Source: a virus (Duplodnaviria > Caudoviricetes). Taken from it: a DNA stretch of 31,228 nt. Made by a program: the position numbers and the translations under genes. The notes beneath the pieces were generated by a model. It was not told the DNA's origin and did no database searches. It worked only from the letters and a program-made list of their open reading frames with translations. Positions 1 to 9,071 of the stretch are shown piece by piece; positions within the stretch are counted from its first letter, which is position 1; the number at the start of each line of letters is the position of its first letter. The stretch lies in IMG/VR virus record IMGVR_UViG_3300036779_000274, positions 1 through 31,228 of that record, one strand, 5' to 3'.

Positions 1-600
1 TTACTGCTGATCTTCTGCATAAATGCCGGCAGAAATGATGGCGCCACCAATTCGGCGCTTGCCGTAACCAATTGGGACCGGGTTCCCTTGAGCAATAGTG
101 TTTACAGGGCCGCCAAATGCATAGCTGGGCTTGTTATCGGGGTCCTCTCTTCGAGCCAATCCCCCTTGCATAGGGGAAAGCATTTGGATGACACCACCAA
201 GCATCATGGCACCACCAATTTGAAAACCATATGTTGAAAATGGGTTCCCTGGAGCAAAATAGTAACCAACGGCAGAGGCGGCAACAATGACAGCCCCTAA
301 AATTGTTTGGAATACCCCGGCCTTTTTACTCCCAATAATAATTGGCGCAATTCTAATATCTTCACGGCCAGTAAACTTTATCTCATCTAGGCCAATATTC
401 TTTTTCCCGTTGAACACAGCAAATGTCAGACCTTTATTTTTCGCTGTTTGCAAAAACCGTTCTAATCCTGGAATAGTTATTGACAGAGCCTTTATCGCTT
501 CCCTTGGTGTATCAATAACCAACCGATGAACTCGCCCAAACTTTGTTCCAAGAACTCCATAAAGTCTAACTGTTCTATACTCGTTTATAATTGATTCCAT
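1..600 (-). CDS. Tail assembly protein, lambda gpI-like
   Basis: N-terminal 'VRLYGVLGTKFGR', 'GSKKAGVFQTILGAVI', C-terminal 'NTIAQGNPVPIGYG..IGGAIISAGI'; lies downstream of K in the M-L-K-I order. Confidence 0.92.
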   Translation of the reverse strand: MESIINEYRTVRLYGVLGTKFGRVHRLVIDTPREAIKALSITIPGLERFLQTAKNKGLTFAVFNGKKNIGLDEIKFTGREDIRIAPIIIGSKKAGVFQTILGAVIVAASAVGYYFAPGNPFSTYGFQIGGAMMLGGVIQMLSPMQGGLARREDPDNKPSYAFGGPVNTIAQGNPVPIGYGKRRIGGAIISAGIYAEDQQ

Positions 601-611
601 ATTCGCTCCAT

Positions 612-634
612 AAAAAAAGGCCGCTTAGCGGCCC
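612..634 (-). terminator. Intrinsic terminator after the lipoprotein moron
   Basis: Minus strand GGCCGC-TAA-GCGGCC followed by T7. Confidence 0.75.
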
Positions 635-651
635 TCATTTGACTAATTAAA

Positions 652-1077
652 CTATTTTATAGTAGTGGGTTTGATATCGACATTCCCATTATTATCAGTA
701 AATACCCTTAGATATTTCCACTCACCAGGCCTAATAGTAAATTCACGCTCCTGCCTTTCTTTCCCAGTGGAACATAAAGCTTTACCTTCATATGCGGCAC
801 CAACTATCCAAGTTCCACTATTCAAATAGAATGTTGCTTTTTCTTTTGGATCAAGTTTTGCGACTCTTTCACTATTTATAAACACAGTTGTAAAACAACC
901 ACCGCCTATCACGCCGCTATCTCTAACAATGGTTATAGTTGAGTCAGATTTAGCCGCGTCTTGGTATTTAAATACACGCTCAACTGGTGCAGTAATCGCC
1001 TTGCTTACGGGGACAACCTCTGTAGCACACCCGGATAGAATAGCTGTGGCGGCAAAAGCCAGAATGATTTTCCGCAT
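652..1077 (-). CDS. Lipoprotein (moron between tail genes K and I)
   Basis: Signal peptide MRKIILAFAATAILSG-C with lipobox LSGC; AT-rich relative to K. Confidence 0.85.
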   Translation of the reverse strand: MRKIILAFAATAILSGCATEVVPVSKAITAPVERVFKYQDAAKSDSTITIVRDSGVIGGGCFTTVFINSERVAKLDPKEKATFYLNSGTWIVGAAYEGKALCSTGKERQEREFTIRPGEWKYLRVFTDNNGNVDIKPTTIK

Positions 1078-1091
1078 TTTGAAATCCCTTT

Positions 1092-1820
1092 TTATGTAGG
1101 ATTCAAGATGATAGCAGATTCGCCCTTGTATCGCAGAGTGACGATCGTCCGCGCCAGCCAGTACCCGCCATAGGGCACACGCTGGCTCATATGGCCATAC
1201 ATATGATGGAGCATGACGCCCTCGCCCAGATAAACCCCCGCGTGGTTTGGCTCATCAGCTCGCACCTGCATAATGATTACATCGCCGATCTGCATCTCGC
1301 CCGATGCTGGCAAAAAACCCGCATCGGCATAAAGTTTCATATAGAGATTTTCACCGCGTTCCCACCAGCCATCCTCACGCGGGTAATTCGGCAAGGTTAT
1401 TTCTCGCTCGAGCTGATACCAATCCCTGATAATGGCGTAACAGTCCCAGAACCCATGCACGAACGGTCGCCCCAGCAGCGGCTTGATGCCTTGTGTTGGC
1501 ATTACCTGCCGTATATCACCTTCTGGCCAACTGGCGATAATCCACGGCAACTGCGACAGGTCGCACTGGGCAAGATCGAGCTGGCTAGGCTGTGTCGTTG
1601 CGTCCGGGTGACTATGAACAATAGCAACGATCTCCCCTTTATCTTCTGCCTTGGCATAATCCGCGGGCGCCAGGCTAAATTGTTCCGTCGGCTTCGGCGC
1701 CAGATTGTGGCAAGGTATATAGCACTGCCGGCGACCATTCTGCACCACCAGCCCACAGCACTCACGCGGGTATTCTGATTCAGCGTGCGCCATGACAGCG
1801 TTAATAATGTGCTTTTGCAT
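1092..1820 (-). CDS. Tail assembly protein, lambda gpK-like (JAB/Mov34 + NlpC/P60)
   Basis: 'YPRECCGLV', 'IVHSHP..S..D', 'DCYAIIRDWY', 'NHAGVYLG..MLHH'; start re-called at ATG 1820 with GAGG SD. Confidence 0.92.
   Translation of the reverse strand: MQKHIINAVMAHAESEYPRECCGLVVQNGRRQCYIPCHNLAPKPTEQFSLAPADYAKAEDKGEIVAIVHSHPDATTQPSQLDLAQCDLSQLPWIIASWPEGDIRQVMPTQGIKPLLGRPFVHGFWDCYAIIRDWYQLEREITLPNYPREDGWWERGENLYMKLYADAGFLPASGEMQIGDVIIMQVRADEPNHAGVYLGEGVMLHHMYGHMSQRVPYGGYWLARTIVTLRYKGESAIILNPT
1108..1116 (-). promoter_or_regulatory. Putative extended -10 promoter of the lipoprotein moron, within the 3' end of K
   Basis: Minus strand TGC-TATCAT (TGn + -10) about 30 nt upstream of the ATG at 1077. 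Confidence 0.4.
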
Positions 1821-1822
1821 AG

Positions 1823-2575
1823 TTACCTCTTCAACAATGCAGATCCAGGGAACCCACCGAACGGCAGCGGGTTGCCTTTCCCCCATCGCGGCTCGCAGCC
1901 GGTAGACAGTAGCCCGGAGCATTCATCTTTCGACGGATCATCTGTAGGATTACCGTCGGCATCAAAATATGCGGTACCGGTATAACCGCACGACGCCCCG
2001 CGATATTGCCCACGCATACACCAGGTACAAAGGCTATGAATTTGCCGAGCGGGGATCATCAATCCCTGCAGGTCTGCCGGCGATGACAACGCAAACTCAA
2101 TGACCTTGTTTCCCCCGCTCAGTTTGCGATCGATGTACCAAACATCGATATCTTCCTGGGACGGGTCGGCCTCCGGGTTTCCTTCGGGAAAATTACGGGC
2201 GTCGAGATAATGCGCGTAGGTGTCCCGGATAGTCACCTTGGCCTTAGCCATGTTCTGGTAATACAGGCAAAGCGAGGCGATCGTGCCGTCGATGTTACCC
2301 ACGGACAACGTGGGGCTAGGCGCTGAGCCATCGCTCGTCACCTCCAGCCCTTCAACCCTCACCGCCCACGGCTTATATTCTTGCCCTTGCCACCATATTG
2401 ATTTTGCAAATAGCTTCCCCGGGTCATCCCCTGCAGCCTCCAGCTCGTCCTCCGTATGGGCTATTTTATGGCTGTGAAAGTACAGTTCTGGTCCGTTAAA
2501 TTCGGTGCCATCGACAACAAACAGGCGCACTTTACTCCCAGGCTCAAGGCGCTGGTGATCGGTGTTTATCGACAT
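1823..2575 (-). CDS. Minor tail protein, lambda gpL-like
   Basis: 'IWWQGQEYKPW', Cys cluster 'CTWCMRGQYRGASCGY..C....C', C-terminal 'LPFGGFPG'. Confidence 0.93.
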   Translation of the reverse strand: MSINTDHQRLEPGSKVRLFVVDGTEFNGPELYFHSHKIAHTEDELEAAGDDPGKLFAKSIWWQGQEYKPWAVRVEGLEVTSDGSAPSPTLSVGNIDGTIASLCLYYQNMAKAKVTIRDTYAHYLDARNFPEGNPEADPSQEDIDVWYIDRKLSGGNKVIEFALSSPADLQGLMIPARQIHSLCTWCMRGQYRGASCGYTGTAYFDADGNPTDDPSKDECSGLLSTGCEPRWGKGNPLPFGGFPGSALLKR

Positions 2576-2583
2576 GATTGGTC

Positions 2584-2919
2584 CTATGGGTGATATGCGC
2601 GGGTAAATGTAACGGAGAGAGAAAAATAAGCGCCACTGGCCTGCACTGTGAGCTTACCGGCTTGATAGAGACCAAGCTCAAACATCGGGTTTCTCCATTT
2701 AAAGGAGCGGTAGCCTTTATGCTCACGCAGGAATTTTACGATGGGCTTTATCTCGTCCCAGACGCCAACAAACACCAGTGGCCAGCTTTCCTTTTCGCTG
2801 TTGATGCCGTCGCCGGTACTCTGCGCATATCCATCACCAAATTGGGTTGTTCTCACCACCGGCTCAATGTCGCCAGAAGTACCAATCCGTGCAGGGAAAT
2901 TGAATGTTTCTAATTTCAT
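2584..2919 (-). CDS. Minor tail protein, lambda gpM-like
   Basis: 'QFGDGYAQ..DGIN', 'FLREHKGYRSFKW'; directly after the tape measure gene. Confidence 0.9.
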   Translation of the reverse strand: MKLETFNFPARIGTSGDIEPVVRTTQFGDGYAQSTGDGINSEKESWPLVFVGVWDEIKPIVKFLREHKGYRSFKWRNPMFELGLYQAGKLTVQASGAYFSLSVTFTRAYHP

Positions 2920-5900
2920 CGGCTCCCCTTGATTGCCCGGTTCAATGTTCCGCCTTGGCTCATGCTCTTGTTCAACAACACGCGAAAACGCTGATCAACA
3001 TAATTGGCGATGTCATTACCGGCCGACTCAAACCCGCTTGTCGCTTGCACCTGACTGGAACCATCGGGGTTAATCGTGATATCGACGTTGATCATGGTCT
3101 GATTGCCTGTAGCACCATTAGCCTGCACGCCCAATGAACCATCCGCGCCACGTTTAAGTGGCATGATAGCTTCCGGCCCAGCCTCCCCCATCAATCCAGC
3201 GCCTTTGGCAAACGCAAACGTTGTGGGTTGGCTGACTACCTGGCCGCTGTAAGAACTCAGGGAAGGTGAAGAGTAAACGCCGCCTTTCGCATTCGCGAAC
3301 ATAGGAACGGTGCCGGGGTTGTTGCCTGCACTTGCGGCTGCACCACCAAAACTCATAAACGAGGATAAAATCGCTTTGGTGATCAGCGCCTGAGCCGCCA
3401 TCTCTATCAGGTTTTGAACAATGGATTGTGTGAGAGAGGAGAACAAGCCCACCATGCTGTCCTTAAAGGTCTGGGTGCCAGTGAGCAACCCGGTCAGCAT
3501 GTTGGTCGAACGTTCGCGCATCGTGTCCACCAGCCCAAGCTGCAGCTTATTGATCTGGCTCTGCCCAGCATAAAGTTTCATTGCCTGCTGATATTGCGCG
3601 TCAGCTGACTCCTGCGTTGCCGCCTGCATCAATTGCTCATAGCGCTGCTTGTCGATGTAACCTTGCTGGTAGTACGCCTGATATTGGGCCTGCTGCTGCG
3701 TCAGCTGGTTGCTCAACTGAACTGAGGGATCAACGTCCCCGGCGATGTTCTGACGTGGTGCCGCAATGGCATCAGCCTCTGCCTTTAACCTCTCACGGGC
3801 CATATCCTGCTGCAGGGTAGTGCGGGCGACCAGGTAATCACGCTCTGTCAGCAAGCGAGCGTCATACAACGCTTTTAGCTCCCTGCTGGTTTCCTGCTCC
3901 TTGCGCACTGTTGCCTGGCCTGGCGCATATTGCTCAGCCAGCTCTAACCGCTGGCGCTGGTAATTCTCTGCATTCAGAGACATGACACGTTGCACATCAG
4001 CCTGGCTTGCACCGGCGGCTTTGGCTGTGGCGATCAGCTTGGCCTGTGAGTTCCGTTCCTCCAGGTCAATCTTGGCAAGGCTGGTCGAGTGGGCAACCTC
4101 AATTTCCTGACGCAACTGCTGATATTGCTTCAGTGCCTGCTGGCCTTTTTTATCTGCCTTGGCCGGGTCTTCACCACCCCACGGACTTTCTACAGATGAA
4201 CCGGTAGTCCCCACTTTGGCAATGGCATTGTTAACCACATTCGTGTCAGCAATACCACTCAGCATCATCTCGCTGAACCCAGATTTAACATAGTCCTGAG
4301 CGGCTTTAACGCGGCCCATAGAGTCAGTCAGTGTTACGAGTCCAGCCTGGGCATTCTCCAAATCTGCAACCGCACGCTTACGATTGCCTTCAACACCTTG
4401 CGCTTGCCCGAAAGGGTCAAATCCTTTGAGGCTGCTCAGCCGACTATCTGCGTCAATAATTTCCTTTTTCAGTTGATTAACCTGGGTAACCTGGTTTTTA
4501 TACTGGTCATCCAAATCGAGCGCTTTAACATCCAGCTGCTTTGACGACATCGCCACAAGCGCCCGCGTTGTTTCTTGAACGGCATCTTTAAGGCTCAAAG
4601 CAGACTGCCGAGCCAGCTTGTTCTGCTCATGGAAATACAGTATCGCGGAACCGGCCAACATCGCCGCCCCGAACGGCCCACCTATTAATCCCAATGCACC
4701 ACGGGCAAGCCCGGTAGCCACCGATGCTGCGCGGGCTGACACGGACAGGCGTTTATTCGCCGCATCCAGTTGGGTTTTGCCAATTGTGGCCGCTCGCGTT
4801 GCCTCAGTTTCTTCTCGGATTAAACGGTTGTAATCGGCGGTATAACTGACATTCAAACCATATTGCTTTGCCGTTTTTTCCATCGCACGAACGCGGCCAA
4901 ATTCGGCGTTATTTTGCAGCAAGGTGGCATTGGCAGCATCGATCGTCTTCTGCGCAATACTGGCCTGCGCTAACGAGGCTGATTTGACAGCTGCCTGCTG
5001 CTCACGCCATGCACCGATGCTCTCACGAATACCGGCGGTTAGTTTAGTGGACATCACTGGTATCAGCGTATACAGCGCCACGCTGGCCACCATATTGAAA
5101 TTGTCAGCCAGGCCGTTAATTGCCTCGGTCACACTCTGTACGCCGGTACGGAGTGGGCCTCCGTTGGCTTGCCCGACTTTGATGATCAGCCCTTCAAAAG
5201 CGCTGGTCAGTCCCATCAGGTCACCGTTCAGGTTGTTGACACGAGTCGCCGCCTGTTCGTGCGCGGTCTGGGTTCCGGTCAGGGATTTTGTCAGTTCGTC
5301 CAGCTTGCTGCGGTTACTCACCAAGATAGAAGCGGCGTTAATGTTCTCCAGGCCGAACAACTTGACCGCCTGCGCCGTGGAGAGGTTTTTCTTCGACAGG
5401 TTTTCCAGCGCGGTGCTCAGCCCCACGACCGAGGGCTTGAGCGTTTTATCCGTGCCTTTTTCAAGGTTGAGGATAACGTTACGCAACCCGGTGCCAGCCT
5501 CACCCCCTTTTATTTCACGCTCTGCCAATACCTGAATGGCTGCGTTCAGCTGCTCAAAGCCAATCCCGGCCTGCGCTGCTGCCACACCGCCATTCTTTAT
5601 CGCGGCTGCCGTATCGGCAATTTCAGACGAGCCATATTTAGCACCCGCAGCCAAAACGTTAATGTAGCGATCAGCCTGGCTGGCGCTGGCACCAAACTGG
5701 TTAAGCGAAAGGGCTAACGTCTTCGTCGCATCCGGTAACGTTGTACCCGCCGCCTGCGCCAGGATCAGCGCACTATTGGTGGCCGTAGTCAGCCCGTCAG
5801 CCGTTTTCAGCAATTCCGGCTTGGCGCTGGCCATCAGTTTTAACGCTTCCGCCGCCTGGCTGGCGCTGTACTCGGTGGTGCGGCCCATCTGTTGGGCGGC

Positions 5901-6233
5901 TTCATCGAATTGTTTCAACTGTGCGCCGGTAGCACCGGTAATAGCGGAAAGATCTGACAGTGCCTGGCCATACTGCCGCGTTGTTGTGATGATGCTACCC
6001 AGCGAGAACCCCAGGCCGGCAACGCCAGCCAAACCCGCCAGCGTCCCTTTCAGGCTACTTACCGTTTGACCGACACGCTGATAAGCCTCGTCGGTCTTTT
6101 TCGCATCCTGTTGGGCCTGGCGGTTAAACTTACCGGATTGATCACCGGCTGTACGGTAAGCAGCAACGAGTTTGTTTCTAAAATTGGCGTCATTCAGGTA
6201 CAACCCGACCGCCAACGATGCTACATCAGCCAT
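2916..6233 (-). CDS. Tail tape measure protein (about 1105 aa)
   Basis: Long Ala/Gln-rich helical ORF; C-terminal 'FAKGAGLMGEAGPEAIMPLKR'; follows the tail chaperones; ATG at 6233 (alternative start 6239). Confidence 0.95.
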   Translation of the reverse strand: MADVASLAVGLYLNDANFRNKLVAAYRTAGDQSGKFNRQAQQDAKKTDEAYQRVGQTVSSLKGTLAGLAGVAGLGFSLGSIITTTRQYGQALSDLSAITGATGAQLKQFDEAAQQMGRTTEYSASQAAEALKLMASAKPELLKTADGLTTATNSALILAQAAGTTLPDATKTLALSLNQFGASASQADRYINVLAAGAKYGSSEIADTAAAIKNGGVAAAQAGIGFEQLNAAIQVLAEREIKGGEAGTGLRNVILNLEKGTDKTLKPSVVGLSTALENLSKKNLSTAQAVKLFGLENINAASILVSNRSKLDELTKSLTGTQTAHEQAATRVNNLNGDLMGLTSAFEGLIIKVGQANGGPLRTGVQSVTEAINGLADNFNMVASVALYTLIPVMSTKLTAGIRESIGAWREQQAAVKSASLAQASIAQKTIDAANATLLQNNAEFGRVRAMEKTAKQYGLNVSYTADYNRLIREETEATRAATIGKTQLDAANKRLSVSARAASVATGLARGALGLIGGPFGAAMLAGSAILYFHEQNKLARQSALSLKDAVQETTRALVAMSSKQLDVKALDLDDQYKNQVTQVNQLKKEIIDADSRLSSLKGFDPFGQAQGVEGNRKRAVADLENAQAGLVTLTDSMGRVKAAQDYVKSGFSEMMLSGIADTNVVNNAIAKVGTTGSSVESPWGGEDPAKADKKGQQALKQYQQLRQEIEVAHSTSLAKIDLEERNSQAKLIATAKAAGASQADVQRVMSLNAENYQRQRLELAEQYAPGQATVRKEQETSRELKALYDARLLTERDYLVARTTLQQDMARERLKAEADAIAAPRQNIAGDVDPSVQLSNQLTQQQAQYQAYYQQGYIDKQRYEQLMQAATQESADAQYQQAMKLYAGQSQINKLQLGLVDTMRERSTNMLTGLLTGTQTFKDSMVGLFSSLTQSIVQNLIEMAAQALITKAILSSFMSFGGAAASAGNNPGTVPMFANAKGGVYSSPSLSSYSGQVVSQPTTFAFAKGAGLMGEAGPEAIMPLKRGADGSLGVQANGATGNQTMINVDITINPDGSSQVQATSGFESAGNDIANYVDQRFRVLLNKSMSQGGTLNRAIKGSR

Positions 6234-6447
6234 TTCCAAGCACTCGCATTACGTCAGCACACTGCGCATCAAGGGTACTTTGCACAGGCTGAGCGGGTTG
6301 ATGAACAGGGGCTTCTTCTACAGCGTCGGCAGTAATGCCCTGCAGCTTGAAGTACGCCCGCCAGTGATTCAGAACTTGCGCCGGTAATGCGGCGATTTTG
6401 CGAGGATCAGACTCACCCCAACGATCGGCCAACTGAAAAATCAGCAT
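6226..6447 (-). CDS. Tail assembly chaperone, gpT-like part (expressed as G-T by -1 frameshift)
   Basis: The -1 frame is open from the slippery site (KLTDSPWLMLIFQLADRWGE..); 'WRAYF' motif. Confidence 0.8.
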   Translation of the reverse strand: MLIFQLADRWGESDPRKIAALPAQVLNHWRAYFKLQGITADAVEEAPVHQPAQPVQSTLDAQCADVMRVLGNG

Positions 6448-6464
6448 CAGCCAGGGCGAGTCAG

Positions 6465-6830
6465 TCAGTTTTTTTCCGCGTCTTCCAGCGTGCCGACAGC
6501 ATGACGTTTGACGGTGCTGATCGCTTCGACCAGTGTCGGGTTGTCGTGAGCCTTCAACAGTTCTTCAACACTGGGTAACGCGCTGGCTGGAATGCGCTTG
6601 CCGTCGGGCGTCATAAAACAGGACAACAGCAACTCAACGTTGAGGCGAGCGGCCTTATTCATATCACCGGCCTCGATGGCATCTTTCATACCATCTTCAT
6701 TATCCTGCAGCTCGGAGGCTTTCAGGCGGCGGATAAAGGTTTTCGCGCCAAACATCGGCACTTCAAGCACATGGTCATCAGATTTCAACAGCGCTGCCTT
6801 GAGCGCCTTCAGATCGTATTTCTCGGTCAT
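6465..6830 (-). CDS. Tail assembly chaperone, gpG-like
   Basis: Lies between tail tube and tape measure genes; ends GCG GAA AAA AAC TGA. Confidence 0.85.
   Translation of the reverse strand: MTEKYDLKALKAALLKSDDHVLEVPMFGAKTFIRRLKASELQDNEDGMKDAIEAGDMNKAARLNVELLLSCFMTPDGKRIPASALPSVEELLKAHDNPTLVEAISTVKRHAVGTLEDAEKN
6468..6474 (-). other. -1 ribosomal slippery heptamer A AAA AAC (G/T frameshift)
   Basis: X XXY YYZ heptamer in frame just before the G stop; the -1 frame runs into the T ORF. Confidence 0.8.
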
Positions 6831-6839
6831 TAGAGTTCC

Positions 6840-7103
6840 TTACTTAACGGTTACAGTGGCTGCAGCGCTGTTGAGGGTGTCAGTCCGTTCAGCGGACAGC
6901 ACTACGCGGTACGTACCGGCATCAGCCGCCACCACAGAATTTTTGGTATAAGTGGCAGCGGTGGCGCCGCTAATGTCGGTGCCGTTCTTCTGCCATTGAT
7001 ATTTAACGGGCTTGCCGTTACTGGAGGTAGCCGCTACAGTCAGGGACAAATTGCCCCCGACCGCCAAATCAGCGTTTTTCGGCTGGGTAGTCACGCTGAT
7101 CAC
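6840..7103 (-). CDS. Ig-like (I-set-like) domain, probably appended to the tail tube by -1 frameshift
   Basis: 'TTQP...V.G..LTV.A....YQWQKNG..I.GAT..TYT......DAGTYRVV'; in the -1 frame after C CCA AAG. Confidence 0.85.
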   Translation of the reverse strand: MISVTTQPKNADLAVGGNLSLTVAATSSNGKPVKYQWQKNGTDISGATAATYTKNSVVAADAGTYRVVLSAERTDTLNSAAATVTVK

Positions 7104-7555
7104 ACCTTTGGGGCCACGGCTCCCCAGGTATTGTTGTTCTGCTTGCCTTGCACGGTGATCTGGATGACTTCACTCGCAGGTGCGGTAATTTCGTTCATCT
7201 TCCAACCGGACAGGGACAAAATGGCAGTGGAGGTGCGTCCGTTCGGCAGCTCAACATAGAACTGCACGGTTTCGCGGTTATCTGCTGCGGTAAGGAATGC
7301 TGCAAAATCGGTATTGGACGGATCATCGATAAATCCGATCGACTTCTCCGCACCTTCAGGCAGGTCAGAAATAAACTGCTTTGTGGTGTCGATCAGGGTA
7401 GTGCAGTCAACAAAACTGCCAGTCTGCCCCATCTCACCCACCGCCTTACAGTTGACCAGCGCCTTCATGGTAGCGGCGGCAGCGCCAACCGCGCCCCATT
7501 TCACAACCGTGCCAGCCGGAAGCATGGCGTATTCTGGCGAAGTTTTATCAGCCAT
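7100..7555 (-). CDS. Major tail (tube) protein
   Basis: 151 aa; 'G..G..VDCTTL.D..K.FI.DL', 'VELPNG'; position before the chaperones. Confidence 0.88.
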   Translation of the reverse strand: MADKTSPEYAMLPAGTVVKWGAVGAAAATMKALVNCKAVGEMGQTGSFVDCTTLIDTTKQFISDLPEGAEKSIGFIDDPSNTDFAAFLTAADNRETVQFYVELPNGRTSTAILSLSGWKMNEITAPASEVIQITVQGKQNNNTWGAVAPKV

Positions 7556-7589
7556 AATTTCTCTCTCTTAATGATTGTGGCAGCGGTCG

Positions 7590-7982
7590 CTACCGGTTTT
7601 CGATGCCGTAGCGGATTTCTGCCGCCAGGATGCGTAACACTTGGGTTTTGTTGTAATCCAGTGCGGGCCGGATGAATGGATCACCAACCTGTTTCACCGT
7701 GCCAAATTCCTGCGCCAGTGCCTTCATCTGGTGCGCCTTGCTTGGGCCGACACGTAGTGTGACCTGCGCCCGTCCTCGGGTGGTCGAGCGGATAGTAATG
7801 CTGTCTCGCATGTGTGGGCCGCTGGCCGTATCGTCATACCCTGCGTGTTGCTGCATATCCTCCAGCACCGGAACCAGGGCGGCGCGGCCTGCATCCCGCA
7901 AAATTTTAGTGGAGACATCCCGCCCCAGCGCTTCCAACTGACGCGCCAATTCATCCATGCCGGTGATATTAATACCGATCAT
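7590..7982 (-). CDS. HK97 gp10-family neck/tail-completion protein
   Basis: 'ITGMDELARQLEAL', 'QEFGT', 'PFIRPAL'; start re-called at ATG 7982 (ATGA overlap, GGAGG SD). Confidence 0.88.
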   Translation of the reverse strand: MIGINITGMDELARQLEALGRDVSTKILRDAGRAALVPVLEDMQQHAGYDDTASGPHMRDSITIRSTTRGRAQVTLRVGPSKAHQMKALAQEFGTVKQVGDPFIRPALDYNKTQVLRILAAEIRYGIENR

Positions 7983-8368
7983 ACGGCGTCCTCCGGGTAG
8001 CAGATAATGTAATCGCGTACCAGGCGGTATTGGGTGCTGTTGTTGGTCAGCGTGGTTGCGCCTTGCAACATCGTGCCGCGTGTCACCGCCTGAACTGGCC
8101 AACGGCCAATATGCCCGTGCTGAATACCTTCCCAGACTGTGCAGATGGCCTTATCCAGTTCAATCAGGCGGGCGTAATCGTCGATCACATACAGCGAAAT
8201 CTGAAAGCGCCCCTGAACCAGCGCGGTGCTGGCCAGCCCGGTATCAAATTTCGGGTCAGTGATTTTCTGATACGTCACTCCCTCCTGTTTAGGGTCGGGC
8301 AACAACAGCGGGTATGCCGGCAGGCTGGTTAACACCTCCAGCGCCGCTTTGATTTCATACTCGATCAT
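7979..8368 (-). CDS. Putative tail terminator (DUF3168/gp17-like)
   Basis: 'AYPLLLP....VTYQKI', 'RFQISLY'; position in the neck cluster. Confidence 0.7.
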   Translation of the reverse strand: MIEYEIKAALEVLTSLPAYPLLLPDPKQEGVTYQKITDPKFDTGLASTALVQGRFQISLYVIDDYARLIELDKAICTVWEGIQHGHIGRWPVQAVTRGTMLQGATTLTNNSTQYRLVRDYIICYPEDAV

Positions 8369-8684
8369 GGCGGGTATCAGCCTCCGCTGTAATCAGTAAT
8401 CGGTCTGGTTGGGTGGTGTCGGCGGCACGAACGGTAAAAAGTCGCTCCTTCAACTCAACACGCCAATCAGTTTGCACATCACGACGTGGCCGCAAGGTAA
8501 ACAGCATTGTTTCAACCACCTGTCCTTGCTCACCCGTGCGAATTTTACGGTTAGAGATCGGTTCTGCGCCCGCCCACACCTCTTTCACAAACTCGAAGGA
8601 ATTCACCGGTGTACCGGTTTGCTCGTTGCGGATAGTGACAGGACGGAAAAGCCTGATGCGATTGCGAAGTTTGCCAGCCTCCAT
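8355..8684 (-). CDS. Head closure / head-tail adaptor (SPP1 gp16 / HK97 gp7-like)
   Basis: 'MEAGKLRNRIRL', 'VWAGAEPIS'. Confidence 0.88.
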   Translation of the reverse strand: MEAGKLRNRIRLFRPVTIRNEQTGTPVNSFEFVKEVWAGAEPISNRKIRTGEQGQVVETMLFTLRPRRDVQTDWRVELKERLFTVRAADTTQPDRLLITAEADTRHDRV

Positions 8685-8693
8685 GACGCCCCC

Positions 8694-8987
8694 TTACAGA
8701 TTGATAAAACGGTAAGGTTCAAGCAAGGCTTTAAACCCGGATGGCAGAGCCTGAGATTCCCTGTTTTCATACCAGAAACCTACAGCAAGCATGATGGCCA
8801 ACTTGATATCATCGGTAATCACGAGCCCATCGCTGTCATTTTCTGGCACAGCCTCTTCGTGCAGCGTGCGATTGATATAGTTTTCCGCTCGCGCCTTCGC
8901 AGCCCCTGCGTATGTTGTCAGCAAGCTGTCTTCTTCATCACCGTCAATCCGGCACTGAAGGCGTAATTCGTCAATGGTTGGCTTCAT
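8694..8987 (-). CDS. Head-tail connector (HK97 gp6-like)
   Basis: 'LRLQCRID..EDSLL..Y..AA...AENYINR', 'AIMLAVGFWYENRE', 'LLEPYR'; ATG 8987 has GGAG SD (alternative start 8999). Confidence 0.92.
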   Translation of the reverse strand: MKPTIDELRLQCRIDGDEEDSLLTTYAGAAKARAENYINRTLHEEAVPENDSDGLVITDDIKLAIMLAVGFWYENRESQALPSGFKALLEPYRFINL

Positions 8988-9030
8988 ATCCAGCTCCATG
9001 CCCGCCCCCCATTGGCCGGATTGCGGGCAT

Positions 9031-9050
9031 AAAAAAACCGCCTAAGCGGT
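9031..9050 (-). terminator. Intrinsic terminator after the major capsid gene
   Basis: Minus strand ACCGC-TTAG-GCGGT followed by a T-tract. Confidence 0.65.
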
Positions 9051-9071
9051 AAATGATTTCAGTGGTACGGT

